A stretch of DNA of 61,315 bases, counting the filler. It is 6 parts of 6 records of this genome, joined end to end, with 100 filler letters (N's around TTAATTAATTAA, not from the genome) between each part and the next. Parts side by side here need not be neighbours in the genome. Positions count along the whole stretch, not along the records: positions 1 to 13,873 come from SRR31156797_26546; 5 more parts are not named here. One strand, 5' to 3'. Positions 1 to 9,292 of this stretch are shown one piece after another (the first letter of the stretch is position 1; each line of letters opens with the position of its first letter). Both the position numbers and the translations under genes were made by a program. A model generated the notes under the pieces. It was not told where the DNA came from and searched no databases. It saw only the letters and a list, made by a program, of their open reading frames with translations.

Positions 1-408
1 ATCGATATGGGGATTGAGCCGTTTCTGGTCACCTCTTCCGTGAGCGCCATCCTCGCCCAGCGGCTGGTGCGGGTCATCTGCCCCCAGTGCCGGGAGGCTT
101 ACACACCGGACGGGGAATCCCTTCAAAAGGTGGGGATCACCGGGGAGATGGCCCGGGGTGCGACCATCTACCGGGGCCGGGGGTGTCCCCAATGCCTGAA
201 TACCGGCTTCAGGGGGAGGACCGGTATCTTTGAATTCATGGCCCTGGATGAAAAAATCAAGAACCTGATTTTGAAAACCTCCGATGCCAATGCCCTTAAG
301 CGCGCAGCCATTGAGGGCGGCATGACCACCCTGCGCCGGGACGGGGCCCGAAAAGTCCTTGAAGGCATTACCACCATCGAGGAAGTATTCAGGGTGACTT
401 ATCAGTAA
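1..408 (+). CDS. GspE/PilB-family secretion/pilus assembly ATPase, C-terminal fragment (5' truncated)
   Basis: [12 protein letters not shown] and GRGCPQC tetracysteine zinc motif, [19 protein letters not shown] and GITTIEEV are the typical GspE/PilB C-terminus. The frame is open from base 1. Confidence 0.93.
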   Translation: MDMGIEPFLVTSSVSAILAQRLVRVICPQCREAYTPDGESLQKVGITGEMARGATIYRGRGCPQCLNTGFRGRTGIFEFMALDEKIKNLILKTSDANALKRAAIEGGMTTLRRDGARKVLEGITTIEEVFRVTYQ

Positions 409-465
409 CACCCATTGAAAAGAAAAGACATTGCTGTTGATTCAGCGTGAGATAGAGGACTCTTT

Positions 466-1125
466 ATGAACAAAAACAATTCCCTCCGCGCCATCATTTT
501 CGACTGCGACGGGGTCATGTTTGATTCCCGCCGGGCCAATATCAATTTCTACAACCGCCTCCTGGCCCGTTTTGATCTGCCACCCATGGACCCAAGGGAA
601 ATCGACTATGTGCACATGGCCACGGCCCGCGATTCAGTGGCGCATATTTTCAGGAAAACGCCATATTTTGAGGAAGCCGATGCTTACCGGCTGAAAATGG
701 ACTACACCCCGTTCATCAAGGATATGGTCATTGCTCCGGGGCTCAAGGATCTACTGCTGAAACTGCGATCGGAATTTCGTCTGGCCGTGGCCACCAACCG
801 CAGCAACACCATTGATGAAGTGCTGGGTCAAAACAGCCTGACCGGTCTTTTTGACATGGTGGTTTCTTCTCTGGATGTGAAAAACCCGAAACCCCACCCG
901 GAGTCCGTTTTCAAAATCCTGTCGTTTTTTAACCTTCCGGCTAACCGGGCCATCTACATCGGCGATTCATCGGTGGATTATGAAACGGCCAGGGACGCTA
1001 ACGTCTGTTTCGTGGCCTATGGAAACGATCAGCTGGATACTCCTTTCAAAGTGAATACCATGAAGGAGCTGGACGAGGTAATAGAGGAGCTTAAAGGGTG
1101 TTGGAAGACGGATGGGGAAGGATAG
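466..1125 (+). CDS. HAD-family hydrolase (phosphoglycolate phosphatase-like)
   Basis: Motif I FDCDGV, motif II ATN, motif III KPHP, motif IV YIGDSSVD. AGAGGA RBS upstream. Confidence 0.9.
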   Translation: MNKNNSLRAIIFDCDGVMFDSRRANINFYNRLLARFDLPPMDPREIDYVHMATARDSVAHIFRKTPYFEEADAYRLKMDYTPFIKDMVIAPGLKDLLLKLRSEFRLAVATNRSNTIDEVLGQNSLTGLFDMVVSSLDVKNPKPHPESVFKILSFFNLPANRAIYIGDSSVDYETARDANVCFVAYGNDQLDTPFKVNTMKELDEVIEELKGCWKTDGEG

Positions 1126-1141
1126 AGGACGGAAGGCGGCT

Positions 1142-1945
1142 TTATTTGATTTGGCCGGCGAAATTTTTCTCAATATAGGAGGCGGGTACGGCCAAATTTA
1201 TGGCGCTGTAGGCCTTGAACCCCAGGCTTACGACCCCGATGAGCCTGCCGTCCTTGTCCACCACGGGGCCACCGCTGTTCCCTCCGATTACCGAGGCTGA
1301 GAATTGGATCCAGTCCCCCTTGTAGGGCGCCTTGACTTTCAATTCTTTCTTAAAATCTTTCTCAGGGAATATCCGGCTGAAGTTACCGCTGGTAACCGTC
1401 TCTTTAAAGGCCAGCAGGGGATTCCCCACCACCCAGACCGGCTCCCCGCGAATCAGGGTATCGGTTTCCCTGATTTCAAGATAGGGCGTTGGCTCTTTGA
1501 TCATGACCCGTATCAGCGCCAGATCGTTTTTTCGGCTCCTTTTGATGATTTTCACCGAATATTTTTTCTTCTGGCCGACCAGTTCGGCTTTCATGCTGTA
1601 GGTCACCCCCTGGACCACATGCTTTGCCGTGACGGCCAACCCTTTATCGTTAATAAAAAAACCGGAACCGCCACCTTTGCGGTTGGTCAGCCGGAAGGTG
1701 CTCCGGACCGCATGTTCAATGGGATTATGGGAGATTGTGAGGAGTTTTTTTTCCGGCCGGGGCGCTTCCTTGAACTCCCTTTCTTCAATATCACCCCCGG
1801 CCCGGTCCGGATGAGGCGCCCGATCGGAAAAATGGACATTCCCATCCTTGTCCCGCCAGATATAGGCCTTGCCCGCCGTTGCACCTGCTGACAAAAAACA
1901 AACACCCAGCAGCATGCAGAAGATTGCCACAAAATACCTTTTCAT
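1142..1945 (-). CDS. Secreted trypsin-like (S1) serine protease with N-terminal DUF4124-like domain, no PDZ
   Basis: Signal peptide MKRYFVAIFCML, YIWRDKDGNVHFSDRAP (DUF4124 style), catalytic triad TAKHVV / NDLALI / GNSGGP. AAGGGAG RBS lies before the ATG at 1945. Confidence 0.88.
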   Translation of the reverse strand: MKRYFVAIFCMLLGVCFLSAGATAGKAYIWRDKDGNVHFSDRAPHPDRAGGDIEEREFKEAPRPEKKLLTISHNPIEHAVRSTFRLTNRKGGGSGFFINDKGLAVTAKHVVQGVTYSMKAELVGQKKKYSVKIIKRSRKNDLALIRVMIKEPTPYLEIRETDTLIRGEPVWVVGNPLLAFKETVTSGNFSRIFPEKDFKKELKVKAPYKGDWIQFSASVIGGNSGGPVVDKDGRLIGVVSLGFKAYSAINLAVPASYIEKNFAGQIK

Positions 1946-1955
1946 CAGCACTCCC

Positions 1956-4145
1956 TTATCCACCCCATGCGCGCTGGGTGCCTGCACCGGACGAAAAGGA
2001 CGAGAGCGTTACCACCCTGAACCCTTTCTCATAGAGAAACAAGGCCACTTCCTTCGGCAGATCCAGAGGCGTCATGAAAACCGAATTGCCGCCTTCCGTA
2101 AAAAAGATAACCCCTGAAAGGGTCAACTGGATATTTTTTTTGCCGTGCGGTGCCGTGGACAAGATATGGGGCCCCATTTTGTGTTGCCAGCTCAGGAATT
2201 TCAGGGTTTTTGAGGCCATGGCCAGGGGGTTCTTTTCTTTTGAAAGGGAAAGCACCGAAATGCCCCTTTCTTTTAACAGGGCCACAATCTCCCCATCCAG
2301 TCCGCTAAGATCGATCACCCGCTCCTTTCCGTGGGCGGTCACGTAAAAATCCGCCGTAACGGTCAGCTTGAAATCATCGTTTTGGCTCTCAAAAGCGGGA
2401 ATTTTGACCCGTGCGTTATGGGGGTGCCCGGTCAGGGTCAGGACCATCTCCACCAGGGATGCGGCGTCCTGAGCCGTTTCCGGCGCCTTTTCATTAAGCG
2501 GTTTGTGGGGTGTTTCGCCGGAAGGATATTCAATCAGCAGCACGCCCCGTTGTTTCAGATAAGTCTTCATGGATTGGGGAACCGCCCGGTTCGGGTTGTT
2601 CAGAAGGTTGATCACAATGAATCCAGGGGTTTTTCCGGAATGATTTCTGGGTGGAATGGCAATCCAGTCCCCGGTAATGCTGACGGGAATGGTTCCGGAC
2701 AGTTTCAGGGCTTCTCCCTTCTTGAAAACCTTCGGGTAATGAAATGCTTTCAGGATTTTGCTAAAGGCGGATTTCAAATCGTCCCCGGGCGAAAGATGAA
2801 CAATGCGATAGGTACCCCAACTGGACTCAATCACGCGACCCATTCTCGATGGAAGGGAATTGTGAAGATCCACGATCAGGGTCATCCCCCCATGGAGCTT
2901 GACAATGGGATAGGTATCAGCCTTGAGGTTTATATGGCCACCCGATTTCATGGGGATGAAGTGCTCGCCCGAATGGATCCACTTCTCCCCCATTTGCGGA
3001 AGGATATCCCCCAGGCCATCGGCAACCGAACTCACACTTTGCCGCTCCCGCCATAAAGATGAAGCATGGGTTGTCTCAGGACTTGCAGGGGCCGGCGGCG
3101 GGATTTTTGGCGGTTCGACCGTGGGGACAGGTATGATTTGGGGACGGGCCTCCATTTCGGGTGTTTTTGTCTTTTTGGGCGGTGCCGCTTTTTCGGGAGC
3201 CCGTGCTTTCTCCGCGATCTTGGGTTTTGTTTGTGCCGCAAAGGTGGAAGAAGGTTCCGGCTTCACAGGTTCCATGGGTTCGGAAACGGGTTTAGGATCC
3301 GGCAGCCACACCTTGTTGGAATGGGCCAAATCCCGCATAATGGGCGGCTGTTCCGGTATTGAAGCAGGCGTTTCATACCACTGTGGCGGGTAAAGGGGCA
3401 GATTGACGGTCTGCCCGGGAAAGATCCGGTTCGGATTTTTCACGGAGGGGTTACATTTTTTAAACAGATCAAGATATTCCGAAGTAAAAGTTCGCGCTGT
3501 AAAATCATAGCGGCTGATAACAACCCGGCTCAGGATATCCCCCCGTTTTATGCGGTAGGGTTCGAATTTCAACCTGCGGGCAACCGGCGTGGGTTGTCGT
3601 CCGGAAGGAACAGGTGTGCGGATCTTTAAGGGGGATTGTTTTTCTTCTGGCACGGGAATTTCAGCTTTTGTCCCGGGCGCCACCTTTACCAGGATTACAA
3701 TTTTTTCCCCCGGCCGGATCAGGTTGAAGTCCTTCATGGACTGGTTGAATTTTCGCAGCATTTCAATAAGCTTAGGAAGATTATTTTCTTTAAGCACCCC
3801 TTTCTCCCGCAAAATCTTAGCGATCCAGTCCCCTTCCCGGACCACATACTCTTCGGTCCGGTACCCCCCCGTATCCGGCGGTATTTCGGCGGATTGCGCC
3901 GCCACCGGTTTTTCCATCGTAAGGACCTCCTTCACCGGTGCCTTTTCCGGCTGCGGCGATGATTTCCCAAACGGTTGAAATGATCCTGCGGGCTTCCATC
4001 CTGTATAAGGCGGGGTCTTATTTTCAGCCGGGGCCATTGAAAGCCCCATGGCCAGAAAAAAAAGGAGCATCCCCAGTATTATCAGGTTTTTTTTCAGGCC
4101 GGCCATTTTCAATATTTCCATGTTCCGGATTCCCTGTGGGACCAA
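1956..4145 (-). CDS. Large exported LysM peptidoglycan-binding protein with Pro/Lys-rich linker
   Basis: Hydrophobic N-terminus and two LysM-like units (YVVREGDWIAKIL..LIRPGEKI and YRIKRGDILSRV..IFPGQTVNLP), then a Pro-rich spacer. The true start may be 4121 or 4106. Confidence 0.8.
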   Translation of the reverse strand: MVPQGIRNMEILKMAGLKKNLIILGMLLFFLAMGLSMAPAENKTPPYTGWKPAGSFQPFGKSSPQPEKAPVKEVLTMEKPVAAQSAEIPPDTGGYRTEEYVVREGDWIAKILREKGVLKENNLPKLIEMLRKFNQSMKDFNLIRPGEKIVILVKVAPGTKAEIPVPEEKQSPLKIRTPVPSGRQPTPVARRLKFEPYRIKRGDILSRVVISRYDFTARTFTSEYLDLFKKCNPSVKNPNRIFPGQTVNLPLYPPQWYETPASIPEQPPIMRDLAHSNKVWLPDPKPVSEPMEPVKPEPSSTFAAQTKPKIAEKARAPEKAAPPKKTKTPEMEARPQIIPVPTVEPPKIPPPAPASPETTHASSLWRERQSVSSVADGLGDILPQMGEKWIHSGEHFIPMKSGGHINLKADTYPIVKLHGGMTLIVDLHNSLPSRMGRVIESSWGTYRIVHLSPGDDLKSAFSKILKAFHYPKVFKKGEALKLSGTIPVSITGDWIAIPPRNHSGKTPGFIVINLLNNPNRAVPQSMKTYLKQRGVLLIEYPSGETPHKPLNEKAPETAQDAASLVEMVLTLTGHPHNARVKIPAFESQNDDFKLTVTADFYVTAHGKERVIDLSGLDGEIVALLKERGISVLSLSKEKNPLAMASKTLKFLSWQHKMGPHILSTAPHGKKNIQLTLSGVIFFTEGGNSVFMTPLDLPKEVALFLYEKGFRVVTLSSFSSGAGTQRAWGG

Positions 4146-4174
4146 TATTTCACGGTTGAACCGTTACCGGTTCT

Positions 4175-4765
4175 TTAAATAAGTTCTTTCGCACGTTTTT
4201 CGATCTCTTCTTTCGCCATCCGTTTTCCGGATTCCGTCAAAAACCATGGCGCAAGGTTCCTGCGCAGCCTTTCAATACCCTCCTCAACCGTAAGCCCGAA
4301 CCTGTTTTCATTGATTTGAACCGCAATTCGGGAATATCGCCATAACTTATCGGCATCTTTAACAACACTGTCATTGAGCGAGAGGGGCTCTTTCCTTGAG
4401 TCATGCCCTCTGATAATCTCCTGGATTTCCGGAATTTTACCTTCAGGGTAATTGACCTTTCGAAGAATATCTCCGGCAATCCTGGCACCTTCAACTTCGT
4501 GGACGCGATTCCATTCCGGCATGCTGGCCTTGGGACCGAATGCCTTTAGCTGAATATCCTCAGGGACTTTCTTCCACCCCACGTCATGGAGGATAATGGC
4601 CGGGATCACGATATCTTCCTCACCCCCTTCCTGCGCCAGAAGTTGCTGAGCAAAATCAATTGAAATCTCCGTATGAATATCATTCTTCCGGGTGTTGAGG
4701 TAAGGTCGCGCCAGTTTCCAGATCCGCTCGTAAATATCTTTCAGCATGAAATCCTCATTGGGCAT
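4175..4765 (-). CDS. HD-domain metal-dependent phosphohydrolase
   Basis: DIHT, ILHDVGW, HEVEGA, GHDS and VKDADKL give the HD superfamily motif spacing. Confidence 0.88.
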   Translation of the reverse strand: MPNEDFMLKDIYERIWKLARPYLNTRKNDIHTEISIDFAQQLLAQEGGEEDIVIPAIILHDVGWKKVPEDIQLKAFGPKASMPEWNRVHEVEGARIAGDILRKVNYPEGKIPEIQEIIRGHDSRKEPLSLNDSVVKDADKLWRYSRIAVQINENRFGLTVEEGIERLRRNLAPWFLTESGKRMAKEEIEKRAKELI

Positions 4766-4774
4766 GAACCGTTT

Positions 4775-5290
4775 CTATTCGACTTCCAAATGAATTTTGT
4801 CCGTAGCGTCATTCAGCCAGTTCTTGCACACATGGTAAAACACATCGGAAAGATAGACGATTCCCATGATCTTATCTTCTTCCACCACCGGCAGACGTCT
4901 GATCTTGCTTTTTACCATCCGGTCGATAACGACCATCAGATCATCCCGGGGTCTGACGGTGATGACGGGTGAACTCATCACCTGCTCCACGCGCAGATCG
5001 GTGAAATGGTCCAGATAGACCTCCAGCTCCCCTTCCCAGAGAGGAACATTTTCCAGTTCATAGTTCATAAAAGGCGGCCGCAGATGATAAAGGATGTCCT
5101 CCATGGAAATCATGCCCAAGAGATGCGAAAAGTCATCCACCACCATAATGCCGAACGGCTTATATCCGGTATCCCTTGTTTTGCCCCTGAAAATCAATCT
5201 TGCCGCTCTGCTGACAGGAGCATCGGGTCCGATGGTGACATATTCGGTGACCAAAATATCTTTGACACTCAATCCTTGCAGTTTTTGCAT
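4775..5290 (-). CDS. CBS-domain pair protein
   Basis: LSVKDIL..VTIGPD, VVDD..LLGMIS, VEQVMSSPVITV and RRLPVVE..MGIV. GGAGG RBS. Confidence 0.88.
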   Translation of the reverse strand: MQKLQGLSVKDILVTEYVTIGPDAPVSRAARLIFRGKTRDTGYKPFGIMVVDDFSHLLGMISMEDILYHLRPPFMNYELENVPLWEGELEVYLDHFTDLRVEQVMSSPVITVRPRDDLMVVIDRMVKSKIRRLPVVEEDKIMGIVYLSDVFYHVCKNWLNDATDKIHLEVE

Positions 5291-5467
5291 GATGACACCT
5301 CCATTGATTAAGGTTCAATTAGGTGCTCCCACAACCCATTAAAATGAACAGGTGCTTCATGGAAACCAGTATAGGCAAAAGGCCAAGATGGGTCAAGATC
5401 ATCCTTGTTTCATGACCACGGCTTGATCACCGGATGGAAATTCCAGACCTTGATGGGGGAAAGTCTT

Positions 5468-6286
5468 TTAGAAACAATAGCTAAATCCTAAGCTCACGGC
5501 CGTACGACTGATGAAAGTACCCTGAACATTGGCCTTGAAATGGTCCCCCAGATCCACATCCAATCCGATGAGCCCACTGAGCTTCCGGTCATTTTCAAAA
5601 GATGAATCGTAACTTATCCATCCGATCCTGGGATCCTGATGGGTCCACCGCCCATGGTAATTGACTTTGCTCCAGCTGTAGCCCGCTCCCACATACGGCG
5701 TAAAGGCCCCCATGGACCAATGGGTGCTGAGCACAAAATCCGCCTGCCAGTAATCGATGGTATCATGGGTGTTCCAACCGAGCTGGCTCGCTGACTGGCC
5801 GGTCTCCCGGCTGCGCCAGTCCTTCACCTTTCGGTCATCGTATCGCAGATACTGGGCCCCCATGACCACACCGAAACCGTTATTGAGTTTGAGCGCGTCA
5901 AATTTAGCCCCCAGGGCCCACACAAAATTGCTCTCCAGCTTCCCTTTCCAGTTGTTGCCCGCCTGATAATCAAGCCACTCCCCCCCATGGGCAAGCCCCA
6001 ACCCGGCAAAAACGTTGATCCGGTCAATGAGCCCATAGGTAATGGTGGCCATGTAGATACCGTCATTTTCAAAGTCCGCACCAACTTTGCTGGAATCGTG
6101 CGTACCGTTGGAATAGGTTCTGTTCAGCCGGTAATCACCAAAGCCCTGCTTGATAACAGCGGTGCCCTGAAGCCCCACATCGATTTGACCTTTCCGGATG
6201 AGTTTGGCCGGATTCCCCTGGGCAAATGCAACACTCCCGATAAAAACCACAACAACGGCCCACACACAGGCTAGCAATTTTTTCAT
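5468..6286 (-). CDS. Putative outer-membrane beta-barrel protein
   Basis: Signal peptide ending AFA-Q, amphipathic strands (FTPYVGAGYSW) and C-terminal aromatic signature SLGFSYCF. Confidence 0.7.
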   Translation of the reverse strand: MKKLLACVWAVVVVFIGSVAFAQGNPAKLIRKGQIDVGLQGTAVIKQGFGDYRLNRTYSNGTHDSSKVGADFENDGIYMATITYGLIDRINVFAGLGLAHGGEWLDYQAGNNWKGKLESNFVWALGAKFDALKLNNGFGVVMGAQYLRYDDRKVKDWRSRETGQSASQLGWNTHDTIDYWQADFVLSTHWSMGAFTPYVGAGYSWSKVNYHGRWTHQDPRIGWISYDSSFENDRKLSGLIGLDVDLGDHFKANVQGTFISRTAVSLGFSYCF

Positions 6287-6417
6287 CTCTTCCCTCCATA
6301 ATTTGAGCAACTCCATGGTCAAATATCAATTCTTCCCATGAACCGTCAACCAAATTTCACCCTAATCCTCAGTGAGCCTTTTTTTTCACATTGCCCTGGT
6401 GTCTATTCCATAGCTGC

Positions 6418-6446
6418 TTGACGTAATTGTCGATTCACAATACAAT
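6418..6446 (+). promoter_or_regulatory. Sigma70-type promoter for citrate synthase
   Basis: TTGACG (6418-6423), 17-nt spacer, TACAAT (6441-6446). Confidence 0.6.
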
Positions 6447-6513
6447 TCACCGAGCAAAACACTTCAACAGCACGTGGGTTTCTTAATGAAACCCATCCAC
6501 AAAGAATCAAGGA

Positions 6514-7812
6514 GTGAAAAACATGGGCGATACCGCACAATTAACCGTTGATGGAAAAACATATGAAATCCCGCTGATCACCGGCAGCGAAGGCGAAAGA
6601 GCACTTGACATCACCCGATTACGCACTGAAACCGGGCTGATCACCTTGGATCCGGGCTGCGGAAACACCGGCTTATGTAAAAGCGGCATCACCTTCATGG
6701 ATGGTGAAAAAGGCATTTTGAGGTACCGGGGAATTCCCGTGGAGCAGTTGGCCGACCATTCCACTTTCAGGGAAACGGCCTATCTTCTGATCAATGGGAA
6801 ACTGCCCACATACGAGGAGCTGCAAGGCTTTTCCATACGGTTGAACGACCACAGCCTGGTTCACGAGGACATGCGCTCATTTTTTGAAAATTATCCCAGA
6901 GGAGCGCACCCCATGGGCATGCTCTCCTCCATGATCAACGCCTTGCGGGCATTTTACCCCAGTCTTCGGGAGCGGACCGAGGAAGAGGAAATTAATATCA
7001 CCTTTTCCAGGCTGCTGTCCAAAGTCCGGACCCTGGCGGCCATGAGTTACAAAATTTCACTGGGACACAAGGTGGTATATCCCCGGCACGATCTGTCCTA
7101 CTGCGCCAATTTCCTCAACATGATGTTTGACTCGCCGGTAAAACCCTATATCATCGACGAAGACCTGGTGGATGCGCTGAATGTTTTCTGGATCCTGCAC
7201 GCCGACCATGAACAGAACTGTTCCACGTCTTCGGTCCGCGCCGTGGGAAGCGCCCGGGTCAACCTGTATGCGGCCATTTCCGCCGGCATATCGGCATTAT
7301 GGGGCCCCCTCCATGGCGGCGCCAATCAGGCGGTCATTGAGATGCTTCAGCAGATACACGACAACGGCGGGGATACGGCGCCTTTCATCGCCCGGGCCAA
7401 GGACCGGAACGACCCCTTCCGCCTCATGGGTTTCGGGCACCGGGTCTACAAAACCTTTGACCCCAGGGCCCGCATCATTGAAAAAGTATGCAACAAGGTC
7501 CTTGAAAAACTTCATCGGGAAGATCCTCTCCTCCCCATTGCCAAGAAGCTGGAGGAGGTAGCGCTGAAAGACAGCTATTTCATTGATCACAACCTCTATC
7601 CCAACGTGGATTTTTACGCCGGCATTGTTCTGAGAGCCATCGGCATTCCCGTTGATATGTTTCCGGTCATGTTCGCCATCGGGCGCCTGCCCGGCTGGAT
7701 CGCCCAGTGGAAAGAGAGCGCCGACGACCCCAAATGGAAAATCTACCGCCCCCGACAGGTTTACACCGGGTCTCAAAAAAGGGATTATGTGCCCATGGAA
7801 GAGAGAGATTAG
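6514..7812 (+). CDS. gltA: Citrate (Si)-synthase
   Basis: LHADHEQNCST, GPLHGGAN, LMGFGHRVYK and YPNVDFY motifs. AAGGAG RBS; the start is GTG 6514 or ATG 6523. Confidence 0.97.
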   Translation: MKNMGDTAQLTVDGKTYEIPLITGSEGERALDITRLRTETGLITLDPGCGNTGLCKSGITFMDGEKGILRYRGIPVEQLADHSTFRETAYLLINGKLPTYEELQGFSIRLNDHSLVHEDMRSFFENYPRGAHPMGMLSSMINALRAFYPSLRERTEEEEINITFSRLLSKVRTLAAMSYKISLGHKVVYPRHDLSYCANFLNMMFDSPVKPYIIDEDLVDALNVFWILHADHEQNCSTSSVRAVGSARVNLYAAISAGISALWGPLHGGANQAVIEMLQQIHDNGGDTAPFIARAKDRNDPFRLMGFGHRVYKTFDPRARIIEKVCNKVLEKLHREDPLLPIAKKLEEVALKDSYFIDHNLYPNVDFYAGIVLRAIGIPVDMFPVMFAIGRLPGWIAQWKESADDPKWKIYRPRQVYTGSQKRDYVPMEERD

Positions 7813-7829
7813 TGCGGCGGCCCCCTCCG

Positions 7830-9098
7830 TCAACCCATATTTTCCACAATGGCGGCGCCGAATTCCGAACACCTGACGTTCTGTGCCCCCTTCATCTGCC
7901 GGGCCAGGTCATAGGTGACCTTCCCCTGGGCGATGGTCTTCTTGAGCGCTGCCATCACCGTTTCAGCCGCCTCATGCCACTGAATAAACCGAAGCATCTC
8001 AACCCCGGAGAGAATCAGGGAGCCGGGGTTGACCTTGTCCTGACCCGCATATTTGGGTGCCGTGCCGTGGGTGGCCTCGAACAGGGCGCAACAATCCCCC
8101 ATATTGGCGCCGGGGGCCATGCCTAACCCCCCCACCTGGGCCGCGGCCGCATCTGAAAGATAGTCGCCGTTCAAGTTGGGAGTGGCGATCACGTCATACT
8201 CTTCCGGGCGCAGGAGAAGCTGCTGGAACATGGCATCGGCGATGCGATCCTTGATCACGATTCGATCATGGGGCCGGTTTCCATGGTATTTCTCGAAAAG
8301 ATCCGTTTCCGTCAGCGTAACATGGCCAAATTTTTCCCGTGCAACGCCGTACCCCCAGTCCCTGAAGGCACCTTCCGTGTATTTCATGATATTCCCCTTA
8401 TGCACCAGGGTCACGCTCTTTCTGTGATGGGCCAGGGCATATTGAATGGCCTTTGTGACCAGACGGTCCGTGTTTGCTTTGCTCATGGGCTTGATACCCA
8501 CGGCGCTCTCCAGGGAAACAATCGTGCCGCCGGCGGCCTCGGACTTGGCGTTGACAAAAGTTAAGAGTTCACGGGCCTCAGGGGAACCGGCGGGCCACTC
8601 CAGACCCGCATACACGTCTTCGGTGTTTTCCCTGAAGATCACCACGTCCACCCGCCCGGGATGGATCACCGGCGCGGGGACACCTTGGAGATACCGGACC
8701 GGGCGCACACAGGCATACAGATCGAGAACCTGACGAAGGGCAACGTTGAGGGAACGGAAACCGCCCCCCACCGGGGTGGTGAGGGGTCCTTTGATGGCCA
8801 CCCCGTAACGGGATATGGCCGAGAGGGTCTCATCCGGGAGCGGGTTTTCCGGGCCGTACTGAATCTGGGCCTTTTCTCCCGCCAGGATCTCCAACCAGGA
8901 TATGCGCTTTCCGGCACCATATGCTTTTTCCACAGCCGCATCCAGAACGGATTTTGTGGCCGCCCAGATGTCCGGTCCGATACCATCCCCTTCAATAAAC
9001 GGGATGATGGGAAAATCGGGAACCACAGGCCGCTGTCGGTCATCCCACTGAATGATGGTTTTGGAATCGTTATTATCGGAATATTTTGGATTTGCCAT
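7830..9098 (-). CDS. icd: Isocitrate dehydrogenase (dimeric, E. coli Icd-type)
   Basis: [49 protein letters not shown] and [12 protein letters not shown]. Confidence 0.97.
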   Translation of the reverse strand: MANPKYSDNNDSKTIIQWDDRQRPVVPDFPIIPFIEGDGIGPDIWAATKSVLDAAVEKAYGAGKRISWLEILAGEKAQIQYGPENPLPDETLSAISRYGVAIKGPLTTPVGGGFRSLNVALRQVLDLYACVRPVRYLQGVPAPVIHPGRVDVVIFRENTEDVYAGLEWPAGSPEARELLTFVNAKSEAAGGTIVSLESAVGIKPMSKANTDRLVTKAIQYALAHHRKSVTLVHKGNIMKYTEGAFRDWGYGVAREKFGHVTLTETDLFEKYHGNRPHDRIVIKDRIADAMFQQLLLRPEEYDVIATPNLNGDYLSDAAAAQVGGLGMAPGANMGDCCALFEATHGTAPKYAGQDKVNPGSLILSGVEMLRFIQWHEAAETVMAALKKTIAQGKVTYDLARQMKGAQNVRCSEFGAAIVENMG

Positions 9099-9292
9099 TT
9101 TTTATTTCTCCATAATCAGAGTGAAGGATCACCATAATTCATCCTACCAATTCCGGACGGGCCATGCCAAGGGTAAATGGGCCATACAAACTAACCATGA
9201 CCGGCAAAAGCCATCAGCAACATTGACAGTTACACCGTACCATTGTAAACAGAATAATTGTTACCCGCTTCCAATCAAGGAGACAGAAGACC

